Positions 29,388 to 40,625 are shown, counted from the first letter of the stretch. The stretch: DNA of 41,570 nt from an uncultured Methanomicrobia archaeon (GCA_964355295.1 CAYHCZ010000005.1:1-41570); one strand, 5' to 3'. The notes: generated from the letters alone by a model not told the origin. Program-made: numbers and translations.

Positions 29388-30141
29388 CCGGTATGCACAG
29401 TACTACGACCTTTTTTACCGCCAAAAGAATTATGCAGGAGAGGTCGATTATGTGGATACCCTGATCAAGAAATACGCTCTGGGCGAGACAAAGACGATCC
29501 TTGATCTGGGATGTGGAACCGGTGGACACGCCGTTTTGCTCGCACAAAAGGGGTACCACGTCACTGGGGTAGATCGTTCAAACACGATGCTCGCCATCGC
29601 TGAAGAAAAAATGAGACGTAAGGCGGTCTTAGTGAAATTGCAGAAGGGCGATATCTGCACTATTGACCTCCGCAAGCGCTTTGACGTCGCTATCGCCATG
29701 TTCGCCGTGGTGGGCTACCAGACAACAAATGAGGCCCTCGAGAGCGCGTTGCTTAATGCTGCGAAACATCTTAACCCAGACGGGCTCCTCATTTTTGACG
29801 CGTGGTTTGGACCCACCGTGATCGCTCTCAAGCCGCAAGACAAGATACTCGTGACTGACCTCAGAGGGGGGAAAGTTCTGCGTTTCACTCGGCGCGCTCT
29901 CGACATACTGACGCACACCATCAAGGACACTCACGATGTGCTGCATATCGAGAATGCTGCGCTTCTTGATCACTTTCAGGAGACGCACGAAGTGCGCTTC
30001 TTTTTCACTCAGGAACTGAAGTTTATGCTCGCAAAAACTGGATATCAGGCTGTCGGAATGCACCCATTTATGGAACTTGAGAGAGCGCTAACTGAAAACG
30101 ACTGGAACATGGCAGTCATAGCGAGGAAAGCCCCTGTTTAA
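29374..30141 (+). CDS. Class I SAM-dependent methyltransferase
   Basis: YAQYYDLFY, ILDLGCGTG; overlaps the aminotransferase. Confidence 0.9.
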   Translation: MGVFDRYAQYYDLFYRQKNYAGEVDYVDTLIKKYALGETKTILDLGCGTGGHAVLLAQKGYHVTGVDRSNTMLAIAEEKMRRKAVLVKLQKGDICTIDLRKRFDVAIAMFAVVGYQTTNEALESALLNAAKHLNPDGLLIFDAWFGPTVIALKPQDKILVTDLRGGKVLRFTRRALDILTHTIKDTHDVLHIENAALLDHFQETHEVRFFFTQELKFMLAKTGYQAVGMHPFMELERALTENDWNMAVIARKAPV

Positions 30142-30149
30142 CAATGCTT

Positions 30150-30440
30150 TACCGTACGTACTCGTTATGACCGCGTAGCGTTTTTGGTTTTACATCAAGT
30201 AGAGCGGTTGCTGGAGGGCCCCTAGCGTTATCGGAATCGACTGCATTACAGACTATTATCGCTAAAGCGCGCCAATATTGCGTGTGCCGTAGCTCAGTAT
30301 CGCAGATAAGAACGCTGAAGTGAGTCATGTCGTGAAACAGAAAGGAGACGTGATGAGCATAGGTAAATATAAGCACGGATAGGAGCTATGTAGGCTAGAA
30401 CTCGCTGGGACGTTGAGACAAGACTGGAAGTATGTGCGCC
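30150..30440 (+). pseudogene. Heavily decayed NAD-dependent epimerase remnant (tentative)
   Basis: Broken fragments resembling ERLLEG-SVIGIDCITDYY and KQKGDV match epimerase N- and C-terminal motifs. Confidence 0.35.
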
Positions 30441-30696
30441 GGCCGCCTGAGTGAGCACTTGTGGTGAGTGCTAGGTGGAGCTATAAGGACGGACGAAACT
30501 AGCGACGTTCAAGCTCCCCCTATTATCGTCACGAAACAATGTGTGCCTAACTAAAGTGCGCGATGTCAAACTACAGGTGGGAAACTCAGATTGGCTTAAA
30601 CAGCCGCTATGCTGGAGATAGCTACGCGAGACCACCCGTACGAAAGAAAACGGCAAATTTGGTGAAGAATATAAATGCACAATCTATGGGGCTTCC

Positions 30697-31935
30697 GTGA
30701 CAGAACCTTTGCACCCGAAAATAACTCTTTTTGTTAGCTCTCTTTCTGTTGCTGGAGGGGCTGAGCGATTATTACTTGAGGAGGCCGCGCATTTCAGTCG
30801 AAATTCTGCTTCGGTGAATATACTAACTTTTAAGTTTGCAGTCGAAACCCTTTTTGACGGGGCATATGACGTCAACGTTGAGCAAATAAAGCTAGAAGCA
30901 AGCCCATCGAACACGTTTAAAAAGACAATAGCTCGCATAAAAAGTGCATTTCTCCTGAAAAAAAGAATACGTGAACTAGAGCCAGATATTATTTTGGCCT
31001 CAAGTGCGTGGGATTGCATCCCTCTATATCTTGCCACATTATTCACTCCGTTTATTTATGCCACACATATCCACAGCACGGTGTTTTGGTTTGAGGATAA
31101 TCTCTCAAAGTACTCGTTTATCTATAGAGGTATCTTTAAAGAGATAAGAGAATCTCTTATAGGACACCAGCAATTTATACCAATCGATCCTCCCGGGTCG
31201 AACCTAATGTTTCGGATTCTAATGGAGTTTGTAGCTATAGCAATGTATTTAGGCGTTAGAAAAGCCAAAAAAGTGTTCGTTTTATCAAACCATATGCAAT
31301 GGGAGGTAAACAAGTTATACGGCAAACAAGCTGTTGTAGCAAAAGGAGGCGTATCCAGAGCGATTTTCAGTTATGAACTAAGGACAAATCCTAGAGAGCG
31401 CCTAGGAATAACAGCTGAACAGAAGTTAATATTAAACGTCAATAGGTTAGACCCAAGAAAAAGAATTGACATGTTGCTTCAAGCATTCAAGCTGCTTTGT
31501 AACAAACGTGATGATATATTTTTATGTATTGGGGGGACTGGCCCTGACGAAGATAAGCTGCGGCAACTAACCGAGCGTTTGGGCCTAGGGGACAAAGTTA
31601 AGTTTCTCGGCTATATCAAGGAGGAGGATTTGTGGGATTGGATCATGTCTTGTGACTTGTTTGTTCATCCCAACTGGGCTGATTTTGCCATTGCGGCTTA
31701 TGAGCCATTGGCATTGCAAAAAAAAGTAGTTTGGTCTACTGAGATGGAGATCGATTCCCAGCTCGTTGGAAACAAACACATATTTAGCGCATATCCTACA
31801 GCGGAGAATTTTGCAGCGGTTATGGAGCAAGCGCTCGATACAAAAATAGAAGAAACAAACGACATGTCAATGTTCAGCTGGGATATTTACTGCGACAAGA
31901 TACTAAATGAGTTGAAAGATTATATCAGTCACTGA
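30697..31935 (+). CDS. Glycosyltransferase family 4
   Basis: GGAERL, NVNRLDPRKRID, GGTGPD, FLGYI, DLFVHP. Confidence 0.88.
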   Translation: MTEPLHPKITLFVSSLSVAGGAERLLLEEAAHFSRNSASVNILTFKFAVETLFDGAYDVNVEQIKLEASPSNTFKKTIARIKSAFLLKKRIRELEPDIILASSAWDCIPLYLATLFTPFIYATHIHSTVFWFEDNLSKYSFIYRGIFKEIRESLIGHQQFIPIDPPGSNLMFRILMEFVAIAMYLGVRKAKKVFVLSNHMQWEVNKLYGKQAVVAKGGVSRAIFSYELRTNPRERLGITAEQKLILNVNRLDPRKRIDMLLQAFKLLCNKRDDIFLCIGGTGPDEDKLRQLTERLGLGDKVKFLGYIKEEDLWDWIMSCDLFVHPNWADFAIAAYEPLALQKKVVWSTEMEIDSQLVGNKHIFSAYPTAENFAAVMEQALDTKIEETNDMSMFSWDIYCDKILNELKDYISH

Positions 31936-32322
31936 TAGTAGGCTCTTGCAAAAACTGGACAAAACAGGTCGGTTACGATCCATATTTTCGTCATTAATTT
32001 AGGAACAATGACATCACTCTTAATAACAAGGCAAAAAAACCGCAAAACAAGTTTTAACTTAAATAGTTACTAGTTAATTAAGCTGTCAGAACATCGCTAG
32101 CTTGATCCTTTGAATCGATTCTACCCACCTAAAGTTCAGCATTTCTAAAAAGGTCTTTTTTGTTGAACGAATGTAGAAAATGTGGAAGTACCTTTGATCA
32201 ATAAAGAGGGAAAGTAATTCAACTTACATGTATCGCTGCATTTAGTTTACACGATGGCCGTTAGCACCCAGTCAAACTAAGAAATCGGCATTTTGATTAC
32301 TAATCAAACGACTTGACGAGCA

Positions 32323-33813
32323 ATGGATATAAAGACAAAAGCCGTTAAAGGCGTCGGTTGGATGGCACTTTCGCAAATAACGCAAATGGTGCTGCAATTT
32401 GTCATCATCGCCATTTTAGCTCATCTGCTCACTCCCAGTGATTTTGGACTTATCGCTATGATTGTCGTATTTACGAATTTCGCCTCATTATTCTCAAACC
32501 TAGGATTGACTTACGCAATTATACAAAAAAAAGACGCAAGTGCGTTGCTACTGTCGTCAACTTTTTGGGTCAATTTAGGCGTCGGTCTTCTGTTGACCGT
32601 AGCTTTTGCTGCTTTTTCACCTTTGATTGCAGCTTTTTACGAACAATCGGCACTAATCCCTTTAATCGCTGTGTTGTCCCTTACTTTTTTAATATCCTCG
32701 TTGGGTGGCATCCAAAGCGCATTATTTGCAAAAGAATTGAATTTTCGGATACTTGCGATAATCAACATGTGCTCATTAGCAGCCGGTGGGTTAGCAGCAA
32801 TCATTCTGGCATTCGATGGATTTGGCGTGTGGGCGCTCGTTTGGTTTACTCTTACCATCACCATCATCAAAACTGCTTTGTTGTGCGTTTGTTCAAAATG
32901 GCGGCCCTCACTTACCTTCTCCTGGAGTGAGGAGCGGAAGATTATCAAGTACGGTCTGAACCTCACCGGCTTTAATTTCGTCCACTATTTTGCTCGAAAT
33001 CTCGACAACCTCCTTATCGGTCGTTTTTTAGGATCCGCGCCCTTGGGCTTCTACGATAGGGCGTACCAGTTAATGCTTTTTCCGTTAACCAACATATCCG
33101 CGGTGCTGGGACAAGTCGCATTTCCTTCACTGTCAATCATACAACACGATAAGAAGCGAGTGCGCGAGGCATATATTGAAGCTACGCGCTTAATAGCGGC
33201 TATAACATTTCCTTTAGCGACCGGCTTGTTGGTACTGGCCCGGCCTTTTATCCTAACAGTCTTCGGGCCTCAGTGGACCACGTCGATTCTTCTGGTGCAG
33301 GTGTTATCTGTAGCTTCACTTATTCAGTCGGTAGAAACAACAGTCGGATGGATTTACCTTTCGCAAGCGCGTACGGACGTGATGTTTCGCATAGGAGTTC
33401 TTGGAATGGTAGTGGTGGCCATTTCGTTTTTTGTCGGCCTTAAGCTTGGCGGGTTGCTAGGACTGACGATCTCGTACACTGTCGCCACCTATCTCATAGC
33501 GTATGTCGACCTTTCAATTGCTTTCAGACAGATCAATTTGCGCGTTTCGTATTTTTTTAAAAAACTTCAATTGATAATCATTGCCACTTTTCTTTTTGGA
33601 AGCGCCACGTTCATAATTCGTATTCTATTGGATGAAGTAGCGGGCGCAAACAACTTATTTGTGTTAGCGGTGGCATCGACACTCGGAGTCTTCATCTACT
33701 ATATGCTCTTAAGGGCCTTAGACAAACAGGTGCTCCTTCTATTAACAGAATCGATCCGCACCACTTTGTCAGGCGTTAAGAAACCAACCGGTGAGAACCA
33801 GCTTGATGAATAG
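32323..33813 (+). CDS. wzx: Polysaccharide/oligosaccharide flippase (MOP family)
   Basis: LAHLLTPSDFGL, NLDNLLIGRFLG...LGFYDRA; many TM helices. Confidence 0.9.
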   Translation: MDIKTKAVKGVGWMALSQITQMVLQFVIIAILAHLLTPSDFGLIAMIVVFTNFASLFSNLGLTYAIIQKKDASALLLSSTFWVNLGVGLLLTVAFAAFSPLIAAFYEQSALIPLIAVLSLTFLISSLGGIQSALFAKELNFRILAIINMCSLAAGGLAAIILAFDGFGVWALVWFTLTITIIKTALLCVCSKWRPSLTFSWSEERKIIKYGLNLTGFNFVHYFARNLDNLLIGRFLGSAPLGFYDRAYQLMLFPLTNISAVLGQVAFPSLSIIQHDKKRVREAYIEATRLIAAITFPLATGLLVLARPFILTVFGPQWTTSILLVQVLSVASLIQSVETTVGWIYLSQARTDVMFRIGVLGMVVVAISFFVGLKLGGLLGLTISYTVATYLIAYVDLSIAFRQINLRVSYFFKKLQLIIIATFLFGSATFIIRILLDEVAGANNLFVLAVASTLGVFIYYMLLRALDKQVLLLLTESIRTTLSGVKKPTGENQLDE

Positions 33814-33959
33814 TAAGGGTCTATATCGTTGCGAATCTAACACACTATGAAGGTGAATTGATCATCTAGAGACTGCTACGCATCTTAGCGCGGTCTATGC
33901 GTGACTGTGTTCGTTGACAAACTTGCTACACGAGAACAAATGCAAAGCTGTCTGCGTAT

Positions 33960-34181
33960 GTTGGAGGCAGTTGGCACATACCGGTAGATACTGGCTGAGG
34001 ACTTATAGGCAATGGCCATCCGATTGGGGCAACTGGCTTAGCACAGATTTATGAAGTTGTCCAGCAGATCCGGAGAGAGGCTCACGGTCGGCAGGTCGAC
34101 AATGCTTATGTGGGGATGGTTCATAACGTTGGAGGCGTTGGAGGATCCACCGCAGTCACAATCCTCAGAGGGGTCAAATGA
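33960..34181 (+). pseudogene. Thiolase C-terminal remnant
   Basis: IPVDTG*GLIGNGHPIGATGLAQIYEVVQQIR...HNVGGVGG; internal stop, 5' part missing. Confidence 0.8.
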
Positions 34182-34993
34182 GCCACTACTGCGCCGTCTG
34201 TCAGAAGTACTGGAATTACAGAGTTTAAAAAATGTATCTTTTGTGGAGCTGATCTTCACGCAAGAGCTGCGGCGACGCATACAGTAGTTGGCTTCACAGA
34301 GGTTAACATCCCATCAGTTCATAATGAAGTTGTTCCCTATTTCGCGTACGTGCTCGTAGATGAGAACAAGAACAAGACTATTTGGAAATCCTTTCAAAAA
34401 TATGATGTTGGCGATGCCGTTAATGTTGAGCGTAACGCTGGCGAGGGACACATCGTGGGCATAGTGGGAACCGGACTACTTGGATTGGGTATTGCTGCTT
34501 ATATCATACAAAGTGGTTTCAGAGTCATTGCAAAAACAAGATCGGACCAAGCAAAAGCGATTGCAGAGCAAAAGATCACGAATAAATTATTGAAAACGTA
34601 TACTCAAGAACAGACGCAGGACCTGTTAGATACCTTACACATAACAACGGATTTTGCAGATCTATATCCGTGCGACATTGTAATCGAAGCCGGACCTGAA
34701 GATTTGGCTAATAAAAAGGAAATTTTTCATGCTCTCTCGAGCGTTTGCCAAGAGGAGGCTATACTGGCAACTAATATTCCATCGCTTTCAATTTTTGAGA
34801 TTGCCGAAGCAACCGATAGACCCGACAAAGTAATAGGACTGCACTTCTTCAATCCAGTTTCAAAAATTAAACTCGTGGAAGTCATTACCGGAAAACAAAC
34901 CTCTAAGGACATAAATGAAACAAAACCAAATTTAGTAAGTATATAGGTAAAGAGCCTGTGCACGCAAGTGACAGCCTAGGCTTTCTTGTGAAC
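34178..34993 (+). pseudogene. Zn-ribbon/OB (DUF35-like) plus 3-hydroxyacyl-CoA dehydrogenase fusion, frameshifted and truncated
   Basis: CAVC...CIFC (frameshift ~34226), GTGLLGLG, IEAGPED, GLHFFNPV; second shift ~34940, then GKEPVHASDSLGFLVN cut by the repeat. Confidence 0.78.
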
Positions 34994-35331
34994 CCTCGCA
35001 GTGCCCGGAACGACCATGCTTTTGACCCCACCAGGTGATAAATTATTTTCCTTCTGAGGGTGCGACTGATTCGCGTGCTCGCTTCAACTGCAAAGCGCAA
35101 GTCCATCGACCCATTTTCGTAGAGGTACCAACAGTAAGAAAGATGACATCTGTTTAGATGGCCTCATCACAACTTTCAACGGCGCGCGGCGTTTAAGGAT
35201 TGGTTGGTCGCTGGCGTGGTGGGGGCTAGGTGCCGACGGTGAGTGAAAGGGTGGAGGAGGGGGAGGCGTTGTAGGCGGTGGCGTCGCCGGAGAAGTAGGC
35301 GAAGTTATGGTAGATGCCTAGGGGCTCGGTG
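34993..35331. repeat. ~339-bp direct repeat, copy 1
   Basis: Near-identical to 41231..41569 at a constant 6238-bp offset. Confidence 0.95.
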
Positions 35332-35525
35332 AGGATATTTCAGGCAACGCACAGCAGACTTACAAAGCCAACTAGTGGAATAAAGGAGTTCTGTCTAATC
35401 TCTCAGAATATACGAACGAGCCGATCCAAAGAATGGTTTATAGTCTTTTTTTTCAAACTGGATGAGTAATAAATATAGCCAAATATTTTCCTGATGAATA
35501 AATGATTGAGGCAGGATTCTTAATA

Positions 35526-36605
35526 TTAATCGGGTATTCGATAATTTTTCAACCCCAGCTCATTAATCATTTGCTTGCACTCTTCTTCTACATGATTTTG
35601 GATATACTCTTCGTCTTTGATTGCCTTCTCTTTATTAATCATCCCCCAGCGGAGCTGAGCAGATCGCACAAAGCCATCATGGGAAAGTCCAGCCTCTCTG
35701 ATCCAATGATAATTCAGAAAACAATTAACTCGGCAGTCAAAACGGGCGTCTTTACCCTCAGGAGATTTCCAGCCAACTTGTTCCTTGATAATGCTTATCG
35801 ATTTATAAGGGTTCCAAGGAACAAACTGATAAAAATGGACCACTTCGACTGTGTCTGTTGGCCAGTTGTACCACCTAACAAGCGGATTACATTCACGAAA
35901 TGGTAATCCCATTTCACGTTTCTGCAAAGTTGATCGGACAATATAGGGAAGAAAGTTATAAACGACTAGAGGGATAGCCTTCTTATTTTTCTTAAGGTTT
36001 GAAAGCAATATACGTGAACCCGTGCTTAGCGAGCTAACATTCTTTGCTATAGTAAAAGGATCGTCTCCATAGAGAATGAAAGGCACTTGGTACTCCATCG
36101 CCACGCTAACGGCGGAAGAACGTATGCCAATTTCACAATTGCCACAAGCGTCATAAAAAAAGCCATTCAAGGCTTCCGCTGCGCGTAATACCGAATGAAT
36201 CATTGCAATTTGTCTTTTATAATTTACAGTTTTGACCACTAAAGGTACGTCGAGGCGATCACATGCATTCCGCATGTTCTCTTTAGACAACTCAGCTTGT
36301 AGGCCTGAATCATAATTTACGGCAATAACACGTAGCTGGAGTGTCTTCTTTGCGTACCACAACATGTACGTACTGTCTTTACCACCGCTAAACGGTACAA
36401 CAACATCGTACGTTTCCCCGTGGCAGCTTTCAAGTAGTTTTTTAAGTTGATCCTCGCCTTTGGGAACAAAAGGTTCGTACTTGCGGCAAAAAGAACAAAG
36501 GTTATTTTGATCGATATCTGCGCTCGGAAAAGATTCTGGAAGTAAACATTTTGAACAGATATGTAAGTTTTTGTCAGTATGCATAACCCACCTCTTTTCG
36601 TTCAA
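35526..36605 (-). CDS. PP-loop ATPase, N-acetyl sugar amidotransferase (WbuX-like)
   Basis: CSKC...CSFC, YDVVVPFSGGKDS, CGNC, late DC motif; start uncertain. Confidence 0.75.
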   Translation of the reverse strand: MNEKRWVMHTDKNLHICSKCLLPESFPSADIDQNNLCSFCRKYEPFVPKGEDQLKKLLESCHGETYDVVVPFSGGKDSTYMLWYAKKTLQLRVIAVNYDSGLQAELSKENMRNACDRLDVPLVVKTVNYKRQIAMIHSVLRAAEALNGFFYDACGNCEIGIRSSAVSVAMEYQVPFILYGDDPFTIAKNVSSLSTGSRILLSNLKKNKKAIPLVVYNFLPYIVRSTLQKREMGLPFRECNPLVRWYNWPTDTVEVVHFYQFVPWNPYKSISIIKEQVGWKSPEGKDARFDCRVNCFLNYHWIREAGLSHDGFVRSAQLRWGMINKEKAIKDEEYIQNHVEEECKQMINELGLKNYRIPD

Positions 36606-37368
36606 TGTTTAATTGTAATCGAATTTCATTTTTCAAATTGACGCTTTAAACACGCTGTAACACGTTGTAAACGATCAGTTGATATATAGTTCCTTAGGTG
36701 AGGGTATATCTAAAATTTATTTGACTTGATTTTGGGTGGCTGACGCGGAATTGAATCACTGCATCTCAAGCCAGTCGTCGCCAGATCCTAAAAAGCCTTG
36801 GCGCGGATAGGCGAAGCACAGAGAGGTGCGCAAAAAAGCCGCTCTTTAACTACGCAAAGTGGCTGGATCATTTGATACGACTTTATCCTTACCATTTCAC
36901 GTTTCGTTTTAGCACGATATCGTCCTGCTCGATCGATACGCTATGATACTGGTTAGACTAACAGATTCGGGCAAGCGGGTTAACGATCTCCTTTTGTTTT
37001 TTTTATTATTTCGGTAGCCTCGATTTCTTTTTTTTATCCGTGTCCCTCTCGGAGTTGCGTTCAGGTGGAAGGATAATATCCCCTTAGTCAAGTTCCTGAG
37101 CCAAACCAAACAAAGAACCTCAAGCATATTCGCAAAGTACATAAAAGTGGAAGATGGGGTCTGGTTTATCCTTAATCGCACACTTTAGCTTTTCAATCGT
37201 AGCTTCGAACAGTCGACGGCCTCCCGGTACGCTTCTTCTTTCTCTTTTCAAAATGGGGCACGTTGAAAGGCAGTTAGAGAGACGCGATGAACTCCTTGTA
37301 ACTGCTTGAACATGTAAGCGTAATACGGCAATCACTATTTTCGTTATATACTTTCTGACGATCTTGCT

Positions 37369-37944
37369 TCATTTCTGCAAACGGATACTTGGTTTATGTT
37401 CGTTATCTAACGAATCATTTTTAAACTCTGATGCCCTGTCCGTGCGCAATTTCACACCTGTGTCAAAATCGATCGATTTAACAATTTTTGCGGGATTGCC
37501 GGCAATCAGTGTTCCGCCAGGAAATACACCTTTAACGACGCTTCCTGCACCAACGACACTGTCATCGCCGATAACAGACCCTGGAAGAATAATTGCATAA
37601 GAACCTAAAAAAACTCCTGCTCCTATAACAACAGGCTTCGTTGAAATCACTTGCTGCCTATCTAGACCTTTGTTATATACTGGATGATCCCCCGTCAGTA
37701 TTTTAACCCCCAAACCAAAGAAGGTGGCATCGCCAATTGTAATGTCCCCTGTCGAATCTAAAAATGCCTCGTTATCCAATCTGACATTGGCGCCGATATG
37801 CAACTTCGTATAGTCTTTAGGACGGATGGTAGCAGGTTCGACATAGCTATTGCGTTCTTTACAGCTTCGTAAAAAACGTCTTCGTGCCCCCCTCCACCTC
37901 AAAGCAGCCAAGGGAGTTGTGACGATAGCCTTTATGGAGTTCAT
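37369..37944 (-). CDS. Hexapeptide-repeat (LbH) sugar acyltransferase
   Basis: ITIGD, ILTGDH, IILPGSVIGDDSVVGAGSVV, IAGNPAK. Confidence 0.88.
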   Translation of the reverse strand: MNSIKAIVTTPLAALRWRGARRRFLRSCKERNSYVEPATIRPKDYTKLHIGANVRLDNEAFLDSTGDITIGDATFFGLGVKILTGDHPVYNKGLDRQQVISTKPVVIGAGVFLGSYAIILPGSVIGDDSVVGAGSVVKGVFPGGTLIAGNPAKIVKSIDFDTGVKLRTDRASEFKNDSLDNEHKPSIRLQK

Positions 37945-38073
37945 TGTGCCAGCCTAAGATATTGCGCTTATTTTAATCGCATAGTATTTAATTATCATGC
38001 GTGCTTAAGCCGCCGGACTCTATATTACGCGTCAGCACCTTAAAATATAAAGAGTTGAATAGAACCGCAGAGG

Positions 38074-40320
38074 ATGGGTGACTCGTCGATAGACACAACA
38101 CCAAAGGCGCAGGCACAAGACCGCGCTGAACGATTCTTGCGGACACTCTTTTGGACGCGAGATGATTTGACGTTTAGCCCAAAGAGCTGGTTCACATTCA
38201 TCTTAGCGATGCTCATTGTCGTTGACATCGTCGTCATTTTGGATATTCCGCTCGTGCGTCCTGTTCTTGCCTTCCTTTATTTCAGCCTGGTACCGGGACT
38301 TCTAATCCTTGATGTACTGAAGCTCAACTCTTTAGATAACGTCAAGAGGCTTCTCGTGGCCTTTGGGTTAAGCATAGCCTTTCTGACGCTTGTCGAAGCC
38401 TTTTTCAACGCTATATTCCTCGCCGCTGGTGTTGCGAATCCTGTCAGTACGCCGTACGTGCTAACCTCTTTGTCGATTTTCGTGGCCATTCTAACGGTTG
38501 CGGCGTTCTGGACAAACAGATCCGATCGGGAAAGAATCCGGATTCCCAGCCTTCGACACATCATCAGCCGAGAGACTAACATCCCGCTTCTCCTGTTCCC
38601 CATGTTGTTTCCCTTTCTCGCTATTTTCGGGACCTATTTGATGAACACGCGAGGAAACAACGTGGTTTTAATCGCTTTACTTATAATAATCCCTTTGTAC
38701 GTCGTCGTCCTGGTGGCCGCCCAGAGGCGACTGAACGTTGGACGGATGGTATACCCAATAGCGCTCCTCACGATAAGCCTCGCGCTTCTTCTCAGGGAGA
38801 GCCTAACAACAGGCTACCTTCTTGGGTCTGACGTACACGCGGAATATCTAGCCTATCAGACCGTGGTCAATAACCAGTATTGGAACGTGGCAGCCTACAA
38901 CAGCAAAATTACCGCCACCTTGAGCGTTTCCCTGCTTCCAGCCATATACCAGGTGCTCACCGGAATAAGCGGCTTTTATATGTTTAAGCTGGTTTTGCAA
39001 GTTGTTTTTTCCGTAACTCCGGTGGTTGTATACGTTATCGCGCGTAAGTACCTCAATGAAACTTATGCATTCCTCGCTGCAGTCCTCTTCATGGCGCAAT
39101 TAGGATTCATGGTGAATTTGCAAGGTGCAGTAAGAGAAGAGATCGCAATCTTATTCTTCGCTTTGGCGTGCTTAATATATCTTGACGATAACATTACATA
39201 CTCTCGGAAGGCAGCGCTTTTTATTCTATTCGCCTCTTGCACGGTCCTCACGCACTATAGCACATCTTTGGTACTCATTCTCGTAATGGTTCTAGCGTGG
39301 ATTATTACTATGCTCGCTCGCGGATATGCTCGGACACACATTCGCAAGCCCCGAGCTTCGCGCAATCAGATCGTCACCCTCTCAATGATTGTAATCGTTG
39401 CCGCGATTTTCTACTTTTGGTGGGGACAGATCGCCCCGAGCAGTGGCGTCGCTGACTTTGCCATTTCCGCTGTTCAGCGCTTCAGCGACATTTACGTCTT
39501 GGAAGCTCGAGGGCAAGGCATAAGTCAAGCAGTCACACCCGGAAGTTCAATAGCTGAACTTATCCGTTCTTACATGTATAGTTTACTAGCCGCGCTCAGT
39601 GTCATCGGCGTTCTGGGGATCTTCCTCAAAGGAGCCGCGAAACGATACAAAGATGGCTATCCGTTCACGGCACTTGCTTCGGTAATGCTCATCGTCATTT
39701 GGGTGGTGATTCCCCGTCTAGGGACGTATGCAATTACGCGGCTTTTCCAGATATTGCTTATTCTCCTTGCAGTCGCAATTATTATAGGCGTTTTCACTGT
39801 TCTTAAAACGGTGAGAATAAACAAACAGCGCTATTTTCTTTCAGCTGTGTTAGTGATCGTTCTTATCCAATTCGCATCGACTTCGTTCCTTATCGATCAG
39901 GCCGTTGGCTTACCGACTTCAGTGGCTTTGAACAAGGAGGGCTCGCAGTACGATTTCTTCTACGTTAGTCCGGGTGATGAGAACGCTGCGCAGTGGCTTG
40001 CCACTAACAAGGCTCAGAATGTCCAAGTAGGCACTGATGCTAGCGGTTCGAGGATATTGCTCGATGTGGGCTTGCAAGACTCGTTTGATACCTCTTATTT
40101 GGTGGGGGGGCAGAACAAGTCGTATGCGAGTGAGTTTTTCAATATTGTTAATAGTTCCTACGTTTACCTCCATACTGTGAACGTGCAAGGAACCGTCCGG
40201 GTACACGATTGGAGCGGAGGAATACTACATAAGAATTACGAGGAGTTAACAAGCTTCTCGTTATTGTACGACACAAAGAACAAAATCTATGACAACGGGC
40301 AAAGCATTATCTATCGGTAA
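38074..40320 (+). CDS. DUF2206-like multi-pass archaeal membrane protein
   Basis: GSDVHAEY, REEIA, THYST motifs; many TMs; C-terminal KIYDNG. Confidence 0.8.
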   Translation: MGDSSIDTTPKAQAQDRAERFLRTLFWTRDDLTFSPKSWFTFILAMLIVVDIVVILDIPLVRPVLAFLYFSLVPGLLILDVLKLNSLDNVKRLLVAFGLSIAFLTLVEAFFNAIFLAAGVANPVSTPYVLTSLSIFVAILTVAAFWTNRSDRERIRIPSLRHIISRETNIPLLLFPMLFPFLAIFGTYLMNTRGNNVVLIALLIIIPLYVVVLVAAQRRLNVGRMVYPIALLTISLALLLRESLTTGYLLGSDVHAEYLAYQTVVNNQYWNVAAYNSKITATLSVSLLPAIYQVLTGISGFYMFKLVLQVVFSVTPVVVYVIARKYLNETYAFLAAVLFMAQLGFMVNLQGAVREEIAILFFALACLIYLDDNITYSRKAALFILFASCTVLTHYSTSLVLILVMVLAWIITMLARGYARTHIRKPRASRNQIVTLSMIVIVAAIFYFWWGQIAPSSGVADFAISAVQRFSDIYVLEARGQGISQAVTPGSSIAELIRSYMYSLLAALSVIGVLGIFLKGAAKRYKDGYPFTALASVMLIVIWVVIPRLGTYAITRLFQILLILLAVAIIIGVFTVLKTVRINKQRYFLSAVLVIVLIQFASTSFLIDQAVGLPTSVALNKEGSQYDFFYVSPGDENAAQWLATNKAQNVQVGTDASGSRILLDVGLQDSFDTSYLVGGQNKSYASEFFNIVNSSYVYLHTVNVQGTVRVHDWSGGILHKNYEELTSFSLLYDTKNKIYDNGQSIIYR

Positions 40321-40625
40321 GTGACAACGATTCTACTTATTGATATATTAAGACTTGTGCGCAGATGTGTTTTGGGGTTTAAAGTAACACTCGTTGGATA
40401 GGGTGCCATATGTGGGCGCGCCTGCCATTTAGTCCAATTTTTGCCATCGTGCGAAAGGAATTTCTTTATGAAAAAACTGCCCTCGGTTGACTATCCAGTG
40501 AAGGAGTTAGGGATGCAGACAACGAGCTGGCGCCTCAAAAATTCAGGGTTTACAGTTGGCAGCCTGAAATTCCCGAGGGAGAATTATCTCAGCACCAGCA
40601 TGTGCGGCCTCAGAGGATCGTGAGG

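Noticed and set aside
36909-37335. Short ORFs between the amidotransferase and acyltransferase
   Set aside because: Stop-ridden and unassignable; possibly decayed coding DNA
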